Positions 1 to 14,674 are shown, numbered from the whole stretch's first letter. The stretch is 63,422 nt of DNA, filler included, from Octopus bimaculoides (GCF_001194135.2; 4 parts of 4 records of this genome joined end to end with filler, not necessarily neighbours in it); one strand, 5' to 3'. Translations and numbers: made by a program. Notes: a model not told the origin generated them from the sequence alone.

Positions 1-133
1 GTATGTATATATATATATATGTATGTATGTATATATGCCTCTATATATATATATATTATTTAAATTATATATGTATATACATACATACATATATACATAT
101 ATATATACATACATATATATATATACATATACA

Positions 134-164
<31 letters not shown>

Positions 165-227
165 GTGGTGCTCCTGTATGACTGCAGCCGCGTGGCTCAA
201 ACGAGTAAAATAGTAAAAGAGTGAAAC

Positions 228-259
<32 letters not shown>

Positions 260-746
260 GCACATTCACACATGCACACACACATATGTATATATATATA
301 TATATATGACGCATACACACCCATATAAATCTTCGTCACAGATTGACAAACCAGTAAGTTGGGTCACGAGGTACTCTTATTATATCACTCTACCGAACTA
401 TTTTCTCCTCTCCCTCTCCCCCTCCTCCTTCTTTCAGAATGTCAATTCCATTAATGGGTCGCACTGACATCTCATGTTTTATTCAGGAATGGAAAATGTT
501 AACTATTTACCTTATCGAAGAATAAATGTAAACTATATACATACACAAACACACAGACACACATGCACACAGACACACACACACACTCACACACACACAC
601 ACACACGAACATACGCATGTAAGAGTATTTACGAATTTATATGTGTGCGTATATATGTACGAATGCATGCATGTATGTATGTATGTATGGATGGATGGAT
701 GGATGGATGGATGGATGGATAGAGTTATATATATATATATATATGC

Positions 747-789
<43 letters not shown>

Positions 790-1024
790 NNNNNNNNNNN
801 NNNNNNNNNNNNNNNNNNNNNNNNNNNNNNNNNNNNNNNNNNNNNNNNNNNNNNNNNNNNNNNNNNNNNNNNNNNNNNNNNNNNNNNNNNNNNNNNNNNN
901 NNNNNNNNNNNNNNNNNNNNNNNNNNNNNNNNNNNNNNNNNNNNNNNNNNNNNNNNNNNNNNNNNNNNNNNNNNNNNNNNNNNNNNNNNNNNNNNNNNNN
1001 NNNNNNNNNNNNNNNNNNNNNNNN

Positions 1025-1070
<46 letters not shown>

Positions 1071-1287
1071 ACAGAGAGAGAGAGAGAGATGTATATATAA
1101 AACATAAGCATACGTATATACAGATAATGAGGAGAAAAAGAGTGAGGGGAGAAAAGACAGACAGTCAGACAGACAGGCTGAGAGATACATGCATACATAC
1201 ATACATCTATGTTTCATAAATATTTATATGAATATGTGTATCTACACATGTGTGCTTTTGTGTGTTAGTATGTACGTGTGCGTATGC

Positions 1288-1331
<44 letters not shown>

Positions 1332-2149
1332 ATGTATGCACGCGTGTGTACATCCATAAACTCTAGCGATTTGAAATTCAGTGAAGAGAATTTCTCCCTA
1401 AAGACTAAATTCGTGTTATCGTCATCATTGAACGCGTGCGGTCATATCTCATCTTAAATCATGTCTCATGTCCTGTTGACGTCACTACGTGAGAATATCG
1501 CTTTGTGACAACGGATTTGTATATGTATCTGTGTGTGTGAGTGTCTGTGTGTATATGTATGTGTGTAGTAACGTGTGAAGGGCCGATGCTGGCCGATCAT
1601 TCTGTTTAACTTTTTAGCAGGTATTACATAAGAGTAATAGAAATCCCAGGAGAGGTTTCAAAATCAACAGGCGAAAATTACTTCGGCACAGTTTCTCCAT
1701 TGGCGTTATTGATATCCTTAATCTGGTGGTGACAAAGAACCATTTTTACGAAACACATAAATATATAAATCACACGTGTCGAAAGTTTAATGAATACAGA
1801 CAATAACAATCCGTTTTCACATTAACGAAACTATCGTCAAGTGCAGCATTTAACTCTTGTAAATGTCCACTACAATACAAACGCCTAGATGGATTTTAAT
1901 ATGATCTTCTGTGCATAATATAATATTTAAAATTCAGAAAAACGAGTAAGTCCCAGTAGATATTGTAGGGTGGTACCATTGCAACAACAGTCTATAAAAA
2001 TATGTTGATATTTGCGTATTTTATTCTGGCACTGCTCAGTTGTCTTGATTTTTTTTTTTTTTTTTTTGCTACTGGAGACTAGAAAAGCTAGAAGAGAGTA
2101 CGGGGTAATTGCTGTACAATTCTGGTTAGTCCACATTTGTTAGTAAGGA

Positions 2150-2366
2150 GAATAGGACCGGTTGTCTCTGACCTGTATGCATTCCTTCCTTCGACGGGTT
2201 GCCGCCGGTCCGTCGCAGGGTTACTCCTTTTTGCCAGCTGAGTGGACTGGAGCAGCTTGAAATGATGTGTATTGCTCAAGATCACGACGCATCACCCGAT
2301 CCAGGAAAGGAAACCACAATCAAAAGGTCATGAATGCAACACCGTAGCAACTAAGCCGTGCGCCCC
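2150..2366 (-). mobile_element. SINE family C (tRNA head, gctccagtccactcagctg core)
   Basis: Minus strand ggggcgcacggcttagttgctacggtgttgcattcatgacc.. A/B-box-like head. Confidence 0.65.
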
Positions 2367-2406
2367 ACTATATACTTCTACTACACCTTAAAAATCTTGT
2401 GCAAGT

Positions 2407-2580
2407 GAGGGGTGCTGAAAAGTTCTTGGCTTTAAGGGTCTCACGAAAGGCCTGGCTGGAGGCATAACATTCCGAGTTCATTTACAGAGCTAAAATAAAT
2501 CTGAAGGACCGCTGCAATAAGTGTTTGATTCTGAGGATGGAATATGTTGAATAAAACCATAATTAACTCATCCTCCATAT
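2407..2580 (+). mobile_element. Mariner-derived non-autonomous remnant
   Basis: gaggggtgctgaaaagttcttggcttt TIR-like start (recurs at 49628) and LKDRCNKCLILRMEYVE* C-terminal motif. Confidence 0.5.
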
Positions 2581-3100
2581 GAATGCCCTTTTACGGTAGA
2601 CGAGTGGCAGTGGTAACAGGCCCGGATAACCGGCAGCTCAGGGTATGTGCTCATTGTTTGACAAAGGAGACAGTGCTGAACGGTGGATCCTCAAGTATCT
2701 GAGCAGCCCTGTTGCTATTCCCTGCCCCCATTGAAACCGTGGGTTTTATACCAATATTGGCCTAATAAGCCACTCCAGGATCCACAAATTGTGAAGCTGC
2801 CGAACAGACATGAAGAATGAACAGACACTTGCAGACAAAATAAAACAGGTCATACACGGTACGTAAGAACAGCTATGATATTTTACTATTTGCCAATATA
2901 ATGGAAACCTAATTTAACCATCCTATGACATTTATAACATCAATACATGAGCAAAATAAATAGCGGTTAATCTTAACGAAGACGACAAGTTCAATTGCAA
3001 ACACATACATTACACTCAAAGACCATAAAGTGTCGGTTTATTAACCCTGCCAAAGTGAATTATGATTAAGAAACTAAATAAATAAGTAAAATATCCTTTT

Positions 3101-3308
3101 CTACTCTAGGCACAAGGCCCGAAATTTTTGGGGAGGTGGCCAGTCGATTAGATCGACCCCAATACGCAACTGGTACTTAATTTATCGACCCCAAAAGGAT
3201 GAAAGGCAAAGTCGACCTTGGTGGAATTTTAACTCAGAACGTAAAGACAGACGAAATACCGCTAAGCATTTCGCCCGGCGTGCTAACGTTTCTGACAGCT
3301 CACCGCTT
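3101..3308 (-). mobile_element. SINE family A (tRNA-derived, about 205 bp)
   Basis: Head ggcggcgagctggcagaaacgttagcacgccgggcgaaatgc, body ttcatcctttcggggtcgataaattaagtacc; more than 12 copies in the window. Confidence 0.85.
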
Positions 3309-4009
3309 TAAATAAATAAAAATACTAAACTAAATACAAATATAGAAAAGAAAACTTTATTTTTTGTGGGTAAATTGTTTTAGACAAATCTTGAGAAAAC
3401 ACCTAAGCAAATACGATCTGCTTCAATTCTCTTGTTCAGCAAGGACTTTGTAAGCTGTTCACTTCATATGATCCTTGTTTTCAGTTAGATTCTATTGCGT
3501 GATATCTTGAACAAGTTTCTTCTTTTATTAAAGCCACCAATCGACCAGAGACGTGTGAAAGATATCTAGCAGACAAGAAACACTGTCAAAGTCAGTCAGA
3601 AGAAACGTTCTTGTTGTTAGGGTATTCGCTTAATCCGCCACCCAGTGTAACACGACTATTTTGAGTACTGTTAGCAGAGTCTACTATTTTGTTTCAAACG
3701 TTCGGGTTAAATCTCCAGTTTGAAGACAATTCACCTTCGTATCCTAGTGAAGTCAGAGGCCCTGAAAGTGGTTATATTTGTAACCTTTTCGCTTTTGACT
3801 AGACATTTTTTAAAGCATTTACATATTTTGTATTTCATAGAGAAAACAAATGTTCAGTCTAGCAAACAAATCTTGTCTAGAAAACAGTGAAATAACAGAA
3901 TAAAATAGATCGAGATATCAAAGAAGAGACAACGGACGAAAAATCTCCACGATGTATCCACCATTGATAGCGAACGTTGCGTAGAGTTGCTTTGGTGACC
4001 AGTTGTTGC

Positions 4010-4021
4010 TGACGTCATTGG
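4010..4021. promoter_or_regulatory. Possible CRE overlapping a reverse CCAAT
   Basis: TGACGTCATTGG in a CpG-containing unique stretch. Confidence 0.2.
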
Positions 4022-4119
4022 GTACCGGTCTTTTGCAGTGCAGAAAAATTAATATTTTCGTACGCAAATTAAAAAACAGTGATGTGAAAATAAACTTAAA
4101 TTAAAGAAAACGTGTGTGT

Positions 4120-4188
<69 letters not shown>

Positions 4189-4674
4189 AACAAGAATTTG
4201 TTTACTTTAATAGGGGGAGAGTGGAAGTTAGAACTGGGGCAGTTTAAAAAAAATAATCTAATACTTTTTATTACAAGGAAGTTGTTCTTTATTTGTCTTA
4301 TTATTTCTTCCTCTTCCCCTTCTTTTTCTTTTCATTTCTTTTCATTATTATGGAGCGTCGGAGAAACTACCTTGTGGCATTTATACTCTCTCGTTATGTC
4401 ATGAGTGTTAAGGTGCATGGCTTGGTGGTTAGAGTACCTGGCATATAAAAACGGAGAACAGAGTTGGAAAGATGGCATGATAATCAAACGCATAGGAACA
4501 AGCTATACTTGGTAAAAAGTAGAAAAGGCGTATACAAGATACTCATGAACCAACTGAAAAAAGATTCGTTGAGAGCGAACTCAAGAGAATAGAAGAACGA
4601 CTGGAATGGCTATATGTTAGGTCGTGAGCTCGATTTCTGGAGACACATTGAGATACTTTATTTTATGTAGCCCC

Positions 4675-4800
4675 ACCCAGTTCGCTGAGGATGAAAGTCA
4701 AAGTCGACCTCGGCGGAATTTGAACTCAGAACGTGAAAACGGACGAAATACTGCAAAGCATTCTGCCCGGCGTGCTAACGATTCTACCAGCTCACCGCCC
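4675..4800 (-). mobile_element. SINE family A, partial
   Basis: Matches the 5' half of the family A consensus. Confidence 0.75.
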
Positions 4801-5024
4801 TTACCATCTTAGTAATAATAATTTCTGACTGAAGCACAAGGCCAGCAAATTTGAAAGGTTAAGAGTTCAAATCTTGTCAAAGTCGTCCTTGCTTTCATCC
4901 TTTCAAGTTCGATAAAATATGCAGGTGTCTCTTGCAGTTCCAAGCAATGGTTGATATTTGGAGGTGTTCTACCTTTACATTTGCACAATCCTTATTACCA
5001 GCAGCAGCAGCAGCTGCTGCAGTC

Positions 5025-5073
<49 letters not shown>

Positions 5074-5678
5074 ATAGTAGTAGTAGTTGTTGTTGTTGTT
5101 GTTGCAGCAGCAGCAAAAGATTTGTCAGCCATTGGTTCTAATGAAGCGTTGCTTCTCACATTCCGTGTTTATGTCATCATATCTCATTTATTTAATTTCG
5201 AAACATAATTATACTTCACAAATGAATATAAGACAGCCTAGCATTGCTTAACACTCTTTAACACGCTTCAGCTGATACTTCAGGACGTCTATTTATAACC
5301 TATGTATTCAATGGGTTTTGTTACATATATAAAGGTGAGTTCGATTGAATCGTTTGCTAAAAAAAAACAACCCCAGAATCAGAAAACGGAAAAATTAGAG
5401 ACGCGACTNNNNNNNNNNNNNNNNNNNNNNNNNNNNNNNNNNNNNNNNNNNNNNNNNNNNNNNNNNNNNNNNNNNNNNNNNNNNNNNNNNNNNNNNNNNN
5501 NNNNNNNNGTGTGTGTGTGTGTAGAAGACAGCTGTCTGTATGTGTACAAGTACGACGATGATATTTTTTATGTTTGCTTCATATTTAAACATATTTCCAG
5601 TAATTATTGAACATAGGTCACTGATTTTCATACTTGAACAAGCAATTAAGTTTTCCTTAATTTTTTATTATGCATTAA

Positions 5679-5804
<126 letters not shown>

Positions 5805-6533
5805 TGTACTGTCCTGTGATAGTGAGGGGAACAAAAACCGTACTCCATCTGGTGAGAGATAAATATTAATTAATAAACACAATATATGTTTTTATGTGCC
5901 ACAGTTAGTTTCATGCGCTGAGAACATACCAGACAGTATATTTTAACACGTCTGGTGTCCTAGCACAATCATCAGATACTGCCCACATAAAGTCTGATTT
6001 GAAGTATACAGATCCAAGTCATCTAGGCTAGAAACCGCATCTTTCTCTTTTGGCAAGAATTCCTAAAATAAAACGGAATAACGACATACATATATACATA
6101 CATACAGACACACACACATACACATACACACATACACATACGCACATACACACATACATTCACGCATACTTAGACACATACATACACACACGCTTACATA
6201 CATACTTACACACATAAGTGCATACAAATATGTATCTAAGGAAACAACAACTTAAGTGACAACTCTGTTGGTAAACAACCTAAGTACATTCTTTTGTGAA
6301 CACCTATGACCCGAAGATGACACACTTAAATATAAACATCTAATTACAAAACTCTATATGCCTCAATAAATTCTAACAATCAGCACTTCCCTAAATTTAA
6401 TCAATTAAATTTCTCCACACCATTTTCCACAACTTACCATACGGGATAATTACTGGTCAACAGAACTTAGATTACTATTTAAAAAATTAGCTTAACAGAG
6501 GCTACATAAATCGAAGAGAAATTTCGATGAATC

Positions 6534-6572
6534 ACAGTCTGATGATGGCTCGGCTGGCTGAAACTTCGAACT
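6534..6572 (+). ncRNA. Degenerate hammerhead-like motif, probably a Penelope tail remnant
   Basis: CTGATGA-T-GGC..GCT-GAAA-CTTC; stem I poor. Confidence 0.3.
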
Positions 6573-6733
6573 CACTGACAATACTATTCTTATTAAAGAA
6601 TAATAGCTACAAATACATATACGTGTGTATTTACTTTCTCTCCATATATGTATAAGTATGTATATATACATATATACGCATATGAATATATATATTATAT
6701 ACATGCATATGTATATATACATATACACATACA

Positions 6734-6799
<66 letters not shown>

Positions 6800-6942
6800 T
6801 ATATATTGCAAGAATTTAGGAAGTTCCGAGTTCATCCAAGTAAATTCATATTTAAGAAATTAAGGAAAATATGCTTTGACTATGTTATTATATATATATA
6901 TGTATGTGTGTGTGTGTGTGTGCGTGTGTGTATGTATGTATG

Positions 6943-6989
<47 letters not shown>

Positions 6990-7392
6990 NNNNNNNNNNN
7001 NNNNNNNNNNNNNNNNNNNNNNNNNNNNNNNNNNNNNNNNNNNNNNNNNNNNNNNNNNNNNNNNNNNNNNNNNNNNNNNNNNNNNNNNNNNNNNNNNNNN
7101 NNNNNNNNNNNNNNNNNNNNNNNNNNNNNNNNNNNNNNNNNNNNNNNNNNNNNNNNNNNNNNNNNNNNNNNNNNNNNNNNNNNNNNNNNNNNNNNNNNNN
7201 NNNNNNNNNNNNNNNNNNNNNNNNNNNNNNNNNNNNNNNNNNNNNNNNNNNNNNNNNNNNNNNNAATAATTTATAATCATAAATATATAGGGATTGACAG
7301 TAACCTGCTTCTCCAACATACTGAGAATTCAGAAATAGCAGTCAAAGAACTACTGATTTCAAAACTACAAATTATTACTGCCATATATATAT

Positions 7393-7451
<59 letters not shown>

Positions 7452-7529
7452 CATACATACATACATACATACATGCATACACACGCACACATATATATAT
7501 ATACATATCCATACATTTCTATATATATA

Positions 7530-7586
<57 letters not shown>

Positions 7587-8524
7587 NNNNNNNNNNNNNN
7601 NNNNNNNNNNNNNNNNNNNNNNNNNNNNNNNNNNNNNNNNNNNNNNNNNNNNNNNNNNNNNNNNNNNNNNNNNNNNNNNNNNNNNNNNNNNNNNNNNNNN
7701 NNNNNNNNNNNNNNNNNNNNNNNNNNNNNNNNNNNNNNNNNNNNNNNNNNNNNNNNNNNNNNNNNNNNNNNNNNNNNNNNNNNNNNNNNNNNNNNNNNNN
7801 NNNNNNNNNNNNNNNNNNNNNNNNNNNNNNNNNNNNNNNNNNNNNNNNNNNNNNNNNNNNNNNNNNNNNNNNNNNNNNNNNNNNNNNNNNNNNNNNNNNN
7901 NNNNNNNNNNNNNNNNNNNNNNNNNNNNNNNNNCGGCGGAGGCGGCGGAGGCGGCGGAGGCTGCAGCAGTGGTTCTGATGACGGTGAAGATGCCAGGAGT
8001 GGTGTTGATGCTAGTTTGTGGCAGTGCATGCGCACTTGACTGTACTACTGGAGACGGTATTGGTGGTAGTGTCTAGTGGTGGATGGCAGTAATGGGTATG
8101 GCGATGGCCCTGTTGATACCACTAGCGTTATTACTGTTTGCTGTTGAAGATGATGTTGGTAGTGTTGATGGTGCTAAGGGTAGGGTGGGTAGGTGGTGCG
8201 GTGTGGTGTGCAGTGGGGTGGGGTGGGGTGTCGTGGGAGTGGTGATGATTATGATAGTCATAGTGCTGCTGCTACGGTTCCAGCGGGGGTGGCGGTGATT
8301 CGGAGAGGCGTCTGCAAGTATGTTTCTTGACTTTCTTTTTGCAGTGTTTGCGTTTTGTTTTTCGTTGTTTTGTTTCATCGGGATTTTTTTTCTTTTCTTT
8401 CCTTTTTGCATTTTCTTTATTTATTTTGCTGTTGTTTCCGTTGTTGTTGTTCTTGTTCTTGTAGTTTCCTAACGTTAAATTGTTCGATGAAACATCACCT
8501 AACCTTTTTACTGTAGTTGGTCGA

Positions 8525-8558
8525 TGACGTCAGAGATGCCATTCACCAATCAATGACG
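8525..8558. promoter_or_regulatory. Possible CRE + CCAAT + half-CRE cluster
   Basis: TGACGTCA 8525-8532, CCAAT 8546-8550, TGACG 8554-8558 in non-repeat DNA; no transcript evidence. Confidence 0.25.
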
Positions 8559-8717
8559 CCGAAAGAAAACAACAAACAAACAAAAAGCTTTATTTTCATC
8601 GGCATCGACATCATTGCACCGTCAGTGATGACGACCACGATGACGATGACAAGAACAACAACAACATTAAACTAATACAAGAGATAACAACAACAGACAT
8701 AGCAAAGACACGTGCTC

Positions 8718-8768
<51 letters not shown>

Positions 8769-8773
8769 ATGCT

Positions 8774-8804
<31 letters not shown>

Positions 8805-9104
8805 GTGCTGGTGGTTCTGGTGGTGCTGGTGTTGGTGGTAATAGTTGTGGTGGTGGTCGTCGTGGTGGTGATGGTAGTAGTAGTAGTAGTAGTAGTAGTA
8901 GTAAAACGAAAATCATTGTTTCCCCCACCGCTACACCCCCACCGCTACACCCCCTCCGTCAGTTTTGCTCCTCTTCCCCATCATCATCATCATCCTCATC
9001 ATCATCCTCATCATCAACACCACCACCATTGTCAGCATCATCGTGATATCCATCATATTCATCATCATCACCATCGCAATCATAATAATTACCCTTTCTA
9101 CTAT

Positions 9105-9755
<651 letters not shown>

Positions 9756-10199
9756 ATTAACTGATGACATGATCATCATCACCATTATCATCATCATTAA
9801 AACATAATATCGATAGAATAGCAGTAGCACCGTTACGTCCACCTCCACCACCACTACACACCACCACCACCACCACCATCACCACCACCTAGAGCATTAA
9901 CGACAGCACGAATAAGAAGAACAACATTTACTGAAACAAATTTAAATATATACACTGCTATATTTAAATCTATGTATAGCAAATGTAGTTGGTGTTGTCA
10001 TACTGAGTGTATATAAACCTACGCATTCACACTCACACGCCACACACAGCACATGCACATATGCACACATACACGGATACGCACATACAGACACCAACCT
10101 ACAGATATATGTAAATTATTATACATATATACATATATAGACATTCCGATGTATGTATATATGTATATATGTATATATATATGTGTGTATGCACATGTA

Positions 10200-10239
<40 letters not shown>

Positions 10240-10822
10240 GTACATTTGTACACAAAAGAAGTGACCCTAACAGGACACCTTACATACAAAAAGGAGCAGT
10301 TATATATATATANNNNNNNNNNNNNNNNNNNNNNNNNNNNNNNNNNNNNNNNNNNNNNNNNNNNNNNNNNNNNNNNNNNNNNNNNNNNNNNNNNNNNNNN
10401 NNNNNNNNNNNNNNNNNNNNNNNNNNNNNNNNNNNNNNNNNNNNNNNNNNNNNNNNNNNNNNNNNNNNNNNNNNNNNNNNNNNNNNNNNNNNNNNNNNNN
10501 NNNNNNNNNNNNNNNNNNNNNNNNNNNNNNNNNNNNNNNNNNNNNNNNNNNNNNNNNNNNNNNNNNNNNNNNNNNNNNNNNNNNNNNNNNNNNNNNNNNN
10601 NNNNNNNNNNNNNNNNNNNNNNNNNNNNNNNNNNNNNNNNNNNNNNNNNNNNNNNNNNNNNNNNNNNNNNNNNNNNNNNNNNNNNNNNNNNNNNNNNNNN
10701 NNNNNNNNNNNNNNNNNNNNNNNNNNNNNNNNNNNNNNNNNNNNNNNNNNNNNNNNNNNNNNNNNNNNNNNNNNNNNNNNNNNNNNNNNNNNNNNNNNNN
10801 NNNNNNNNNNNNNNNNNNNNNN

Positions 10823-11138
10823 TCTTTGGAAGCCTAGTACTTATTCTATCAGTCTCTTTTGCCGAACCGCTAAGTTACGGGGACGTAAACACACCACCAT
10901 CGGTTGTCAAGCGATGTTGGGGGACAAACACAGACACACAAACATATATGCACACACATATATATATATATACATATATACGACGAGCTTCTTTCAGTTT
11001 CCGTCTACCAAATTCACTCACAAGGCTCTGGTCGGCGAGAGGTTACAGTACTTTGCCCAAGGTACCATACAGTCGGACTGAACCCGGAACCATGTGATTG
11101 GGAAACAAACTTCTCACCACGCAGTCACGCCTCTGCCT
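10823..11138 (-). mobile_element. SINE family B (tRNA head, CORE-like segment, internal microsatellite, tail module)
   Basis: Head gtggctgtgtggtaagtagcttgcttaccaaccacatggttccgggttcagtcc; gcaccttgggcaagtgtcttct resembles the CORE domain (an octopus CORE-SINE, OR2, is recalled from the literature, unverified). Confidence 0.8.
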
Positions 11139-11152
11139 ACAAAACAACAGCC

Positions 11153-11218
11153 TGCCGTGACCAGGATTCGAACCTGAGTCACCACGGTCACAACGCCGTG
11201 TCTTAACCACAAGACGAT
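11153..11218 (-). pseudogene. tRNA-His(GTG) pseudogene, 5' acceptor strand missing
   Basis: Minus strand ATCGTCTTGTGGTTAAGACACGGCG-TTGTGAC-CGTGGTGACTCAGG-TTCGAAT-CCTGG-TCACGGCA is colinear with eukaryotic tRNA-His; anticodon at 11189-11191; G-G mismatch in the anticodon stem; TTTT about 8 nt downstream. Confidence 0.7.
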
Positions 11219-11797
11219 AACAACAAAAAAAAAAAATTACGCCATTGTCATAGTGTAAACTGGTTTGAGTCGGTCTCAATATATTCGACGATACATCTTC
11301 ACCTAAATTAAAAATGATGAGATTCTTCGTAGAAAACATGAAGCAAACGTGACTTAAAATCTCATGACATTTTGATCGCCCTTCAACCGATCTTACAAAG
11401 AAAACCGCAAGTTGCACTCCTACGTAAATACATTCACAAAATAACAGCTGAATACGACAAAACGAAATCCAACCGTATACTCTAAAGAAATATTCCAAGG
11501 AGATCTATCTGCTCACATTGTATCTCTTAAAATTAGTTCTGCTGTCTTTCTAAAATATACAGAATCAACTTGAATGTCGATATAGTTGTGGATTAATATA
11601 GATCAGTGCTTTTGCGTAACGGGTTCAAAGCTTCATATAAAAAGACGATAACCAACTAGAGACCTTATCATGAAGCTGAACAGTTGTTAAATCGAGAAGT
11701 GTTCGTGGAAATAGAAGTGAAATATGCGCAAAGCGTCTCATGGGGGAGAAACTATGCAAGAACAGATAATGGTAAGATAAAAACAGACAGGCACAGC

Positions 11798-11846
<49 letters not shown>

Positions 11847-12140
11847 AGGTAAGGAGATAGCGTAGAATGGTGTGTGGACGTATGACGAAGCTGGGATGTG
11901 TGAAGGATGAAGGACAGAAAGTGAAGCAGTTCAAGAGATTCTCTTGGCATTTCTGTTTGGAATAGCGGTGAGGTCAAAAGTGAAAGCTAAGCAAAAATGG
12001 AGAGGTTTTTCTTTTGTATATATTTTTATTATTTATAGTTTTCTGGTTGTTTTTTTTTCTTTTTGTATTAATAGATTATCTGTACTGAACAATAAGATAA
12101 TACAGGTGTTTGTGTAATAACCTGTAAGATCGACGGATTA

Positions 12141-12181
<41 letters not shown>

Positions 12182-12734
12182 GAAGAAGAAGAAGAAGAAG
12201 AAGAAGAGGAGGAGGAGGAGAAGGAGGAGGAGGAGNNNNNNNNNNNNNNNNNNNNNNNNNNNNNNNNNNNNNNNNNNNNNNNNNNNNNNNNNNNNNNNNN
12301 NNNNNNNNNNNNNNNNNNNNNNNNNNNNNNNNNNNNNNNNNNNNNNNNNNNNNNNNNNNNNNNNNNNNNNNNNNNNNNNNNNNNNNNNNNNNNNNNNNNN
12401 NNNNNNNNNNNNNNNNNNNNNNNNNNNNNNNNNNNNNNNNNNNNNNNNNNNNNNNNNNNNNNNNNNNNNNNNNNNNNNNNNNNNNNNNNNNNNNNNNNNN
12501 NNNNNNNNNNNNNNNNNNNNNNNNNNNNNNNNNNNNNNNNNNNNNNNNNNNNNNNNNNNNNNNNNNNNNNNNNNNNNNNNNNNNNNNNNNNNNNNNNNNN
12601 NNNNNNNNNNNNNNATGAGAGAAAAGCGGATATTGAGAGGAGATTATGATTATGATGGAGAGACGGTCGGTTAAGAAACGCAGACATTTACAAAAAAATG
12701 CTTCAAGTTTCTCTTGGATTGGATAAAAACACCG

Positions 12735-13300
12735 GCGTGGATGTGTGGTAAGTAGCTTGTTTCGCAACCACATGGTTCCGGGTTCAATCCCACAACATGG
12801 CACCTTGGCCAAGAGTCTTCTACTATAGCCTTGGGCCGACCAAAGCCCTGTGAGTGGATTTGGTAGATGGAAACTGAAAGAAGCCCTTCGTAAATGTGTA
12901 CGGGGTGCGCGCGTGAACCACTAAGTTATGGGGCTGCAAACAAACCAACACCGACTGTCAAGCAATGGCCGGGACAAGCACAGCCACAAAGATACACGTA
13001 CTCATAACTCTCCCTTTCTCTCTCCCCCTCTTCCTCTCTCTCCCCCTCTTCCTCTATATATGCGCGCGTATGTGTATGTGCGTGTGTGTGAGTCCTGTTT
13101 GCGTTTATCTCTCACCACCGCTCAACAACCGGTGATGGTTTGTTTCCGTCCTTGTAACTGACTACTTCTGAAAATGTGACCGATAGCATAAGTTCCAGCC
13201 CTTAAAAAAACGATCGCTGGGGGTCAGTACATTCGGCTCAACCCTACAAGGTGGAGTCCCAGCAAAGCCACAGTCCAATGATTGAAACAAGTGAAAGACA
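12735..13300 (+). mobile_element. SINE family B, interrupted and diverged
   Basis: Head 12735-12895, tail modules to about 13300. Confidence 0.75.
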
Positions 13301-13320
13301 GAACACATTATATTTTTTTA

Positions 13321-13531
13321 AGGCGGGGAGCTGGCAGAAACGTTAGCACGCCGGGCGAAATGCTTAGCGGTATTTCGTCTGCCGTTACATTCTGAGTTCA
13401 AATTCCGCCGAGGTCGACTTTGCCTTTCATCCTTTTAGGGGCGACAAATTAAGTACCAGTTGCGTACTGGGGTCGATCTAATCGACTGGTCCCTCCCCAA
13501 GAATTTTGGGCTTTGTGCCTGGAGTAGAAAA
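13321..13531 (+). mobile_element. SINE family A
   Basis: Near-consensus full copy. Confidence 0.9.
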
Positions 13532-14394
13532 GAATATAAATGTCGAGAAAGGCGGCTCCTGTTTTTAATCTCAGTATTTAAGCTACGCATAATACTGCTG
13601 TAGTACACGTGCCGTGTATACTCCAACAACACCGCTTTCTCTTCGAGCAATATAGACAGAAGTGAATCTGCCTTCAACTCAGTCGCGCGTCTGTGTTTCG
13701 CTTATTTTTTTGTGTTTTACTACATAAATGTCACCAACTGCCTGCCCTGAATAATTACTGATGTTATGTGCCTGCTTCGGCATGATTCGAACAGACAGCA
13801 ATAAGAGCCGGAATAAATACTGCAAAGCATTTTTACTCGAAGCTTTAACGGTTCCGCCAGTCTACTGCCGTCGATGCTCTAATAATTCTGGCAACACCGA
13901 TAAAAATAATTTATTACTCTGTTTTGTTACCATATCATAAATTTATAGCGAATGTTTGTCTGAATAAACAAAATCGATCCCCGGAGATAAGTACGGGATT
14001 CCAATGGTTAGGAATTCTGCAAGATACTGAGGAAACGAAAGAGAAGAAGGAAAGCTTAGATTAGGGAGAATTTAAATGGCAAATTATGAATATATTAGAG
14101 AAATATATGCGTTGAATAAATGTCAATACTGAGATCAATATGAAATCGATATTATATTTTAAAATTAATGTTTTTAGAGAAAGGCTGGGTGAGAAGGATA
14201 ATGGCGGCTTCGATGTGTCGAACAAGTTGTTGTTTCATGAAGTTTATATTCAGCGTTCAAAGCCTGTTGATTTCGATTTTACTTATTATTCTATCAGGAT
14301 CAATAAGATAAGTACTTGTTAAGTGCTGGGATTAATAAAATCGATTGGCCTGGCTCTTCGACGATTACGACGACCAGTGGTCCTGTTGATCCGA

Positions 14395-14674
14395 CCAACA
14401 GAACGTCCTGCTCGTGAAATTAGCTTGCAAGTGGCTGAGCACTTCACAGTATCGCGTGCCCTTAACGTAGTTCTCAGGGAGACTCAGCGTGATACATAGC
14501 GTGACAAGGTTGGCCCTTTGAAATACAGACACTGCTCATGTTTGCCCGATCAGTGGACAGGAGCGACCAGAAATAAAATACCTAGCTCAAAGACACAACG
14601 CTCCGCCAGAATTCGAACACGTTGCCTCCAGATCGTGAACCGAACACCTTAGCCACTAAGTCACAGGCCTTCAC
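14395..14674 (-). mobile_element. SINE family C-like with tail ctgtatttcaaagggccaaccttgtcac
   Basis: tRNA-like head at 14620-14674; tail shared with 22474-22694. Confidence 0.65.

Noticed and set aside
2002-2082. Signal-peptide-like ORF MLIFAYFILALLSCLD
   Set aside because: Runs into poly-T and stops after 26 codons with no donor
7934-8411. GC-rich triplet-repeat ORFs near the CRE cluster
   Set aside because: Low complexity, open on both strands, no domain or splice support
11660-11771. Open segment RPYHEAEQLLNREVF... ending at ATG|gtaaga
   Set aside because: Purine-rich acceptor and no recognisable homology; the 15-nt match to 39085 is expected by chance
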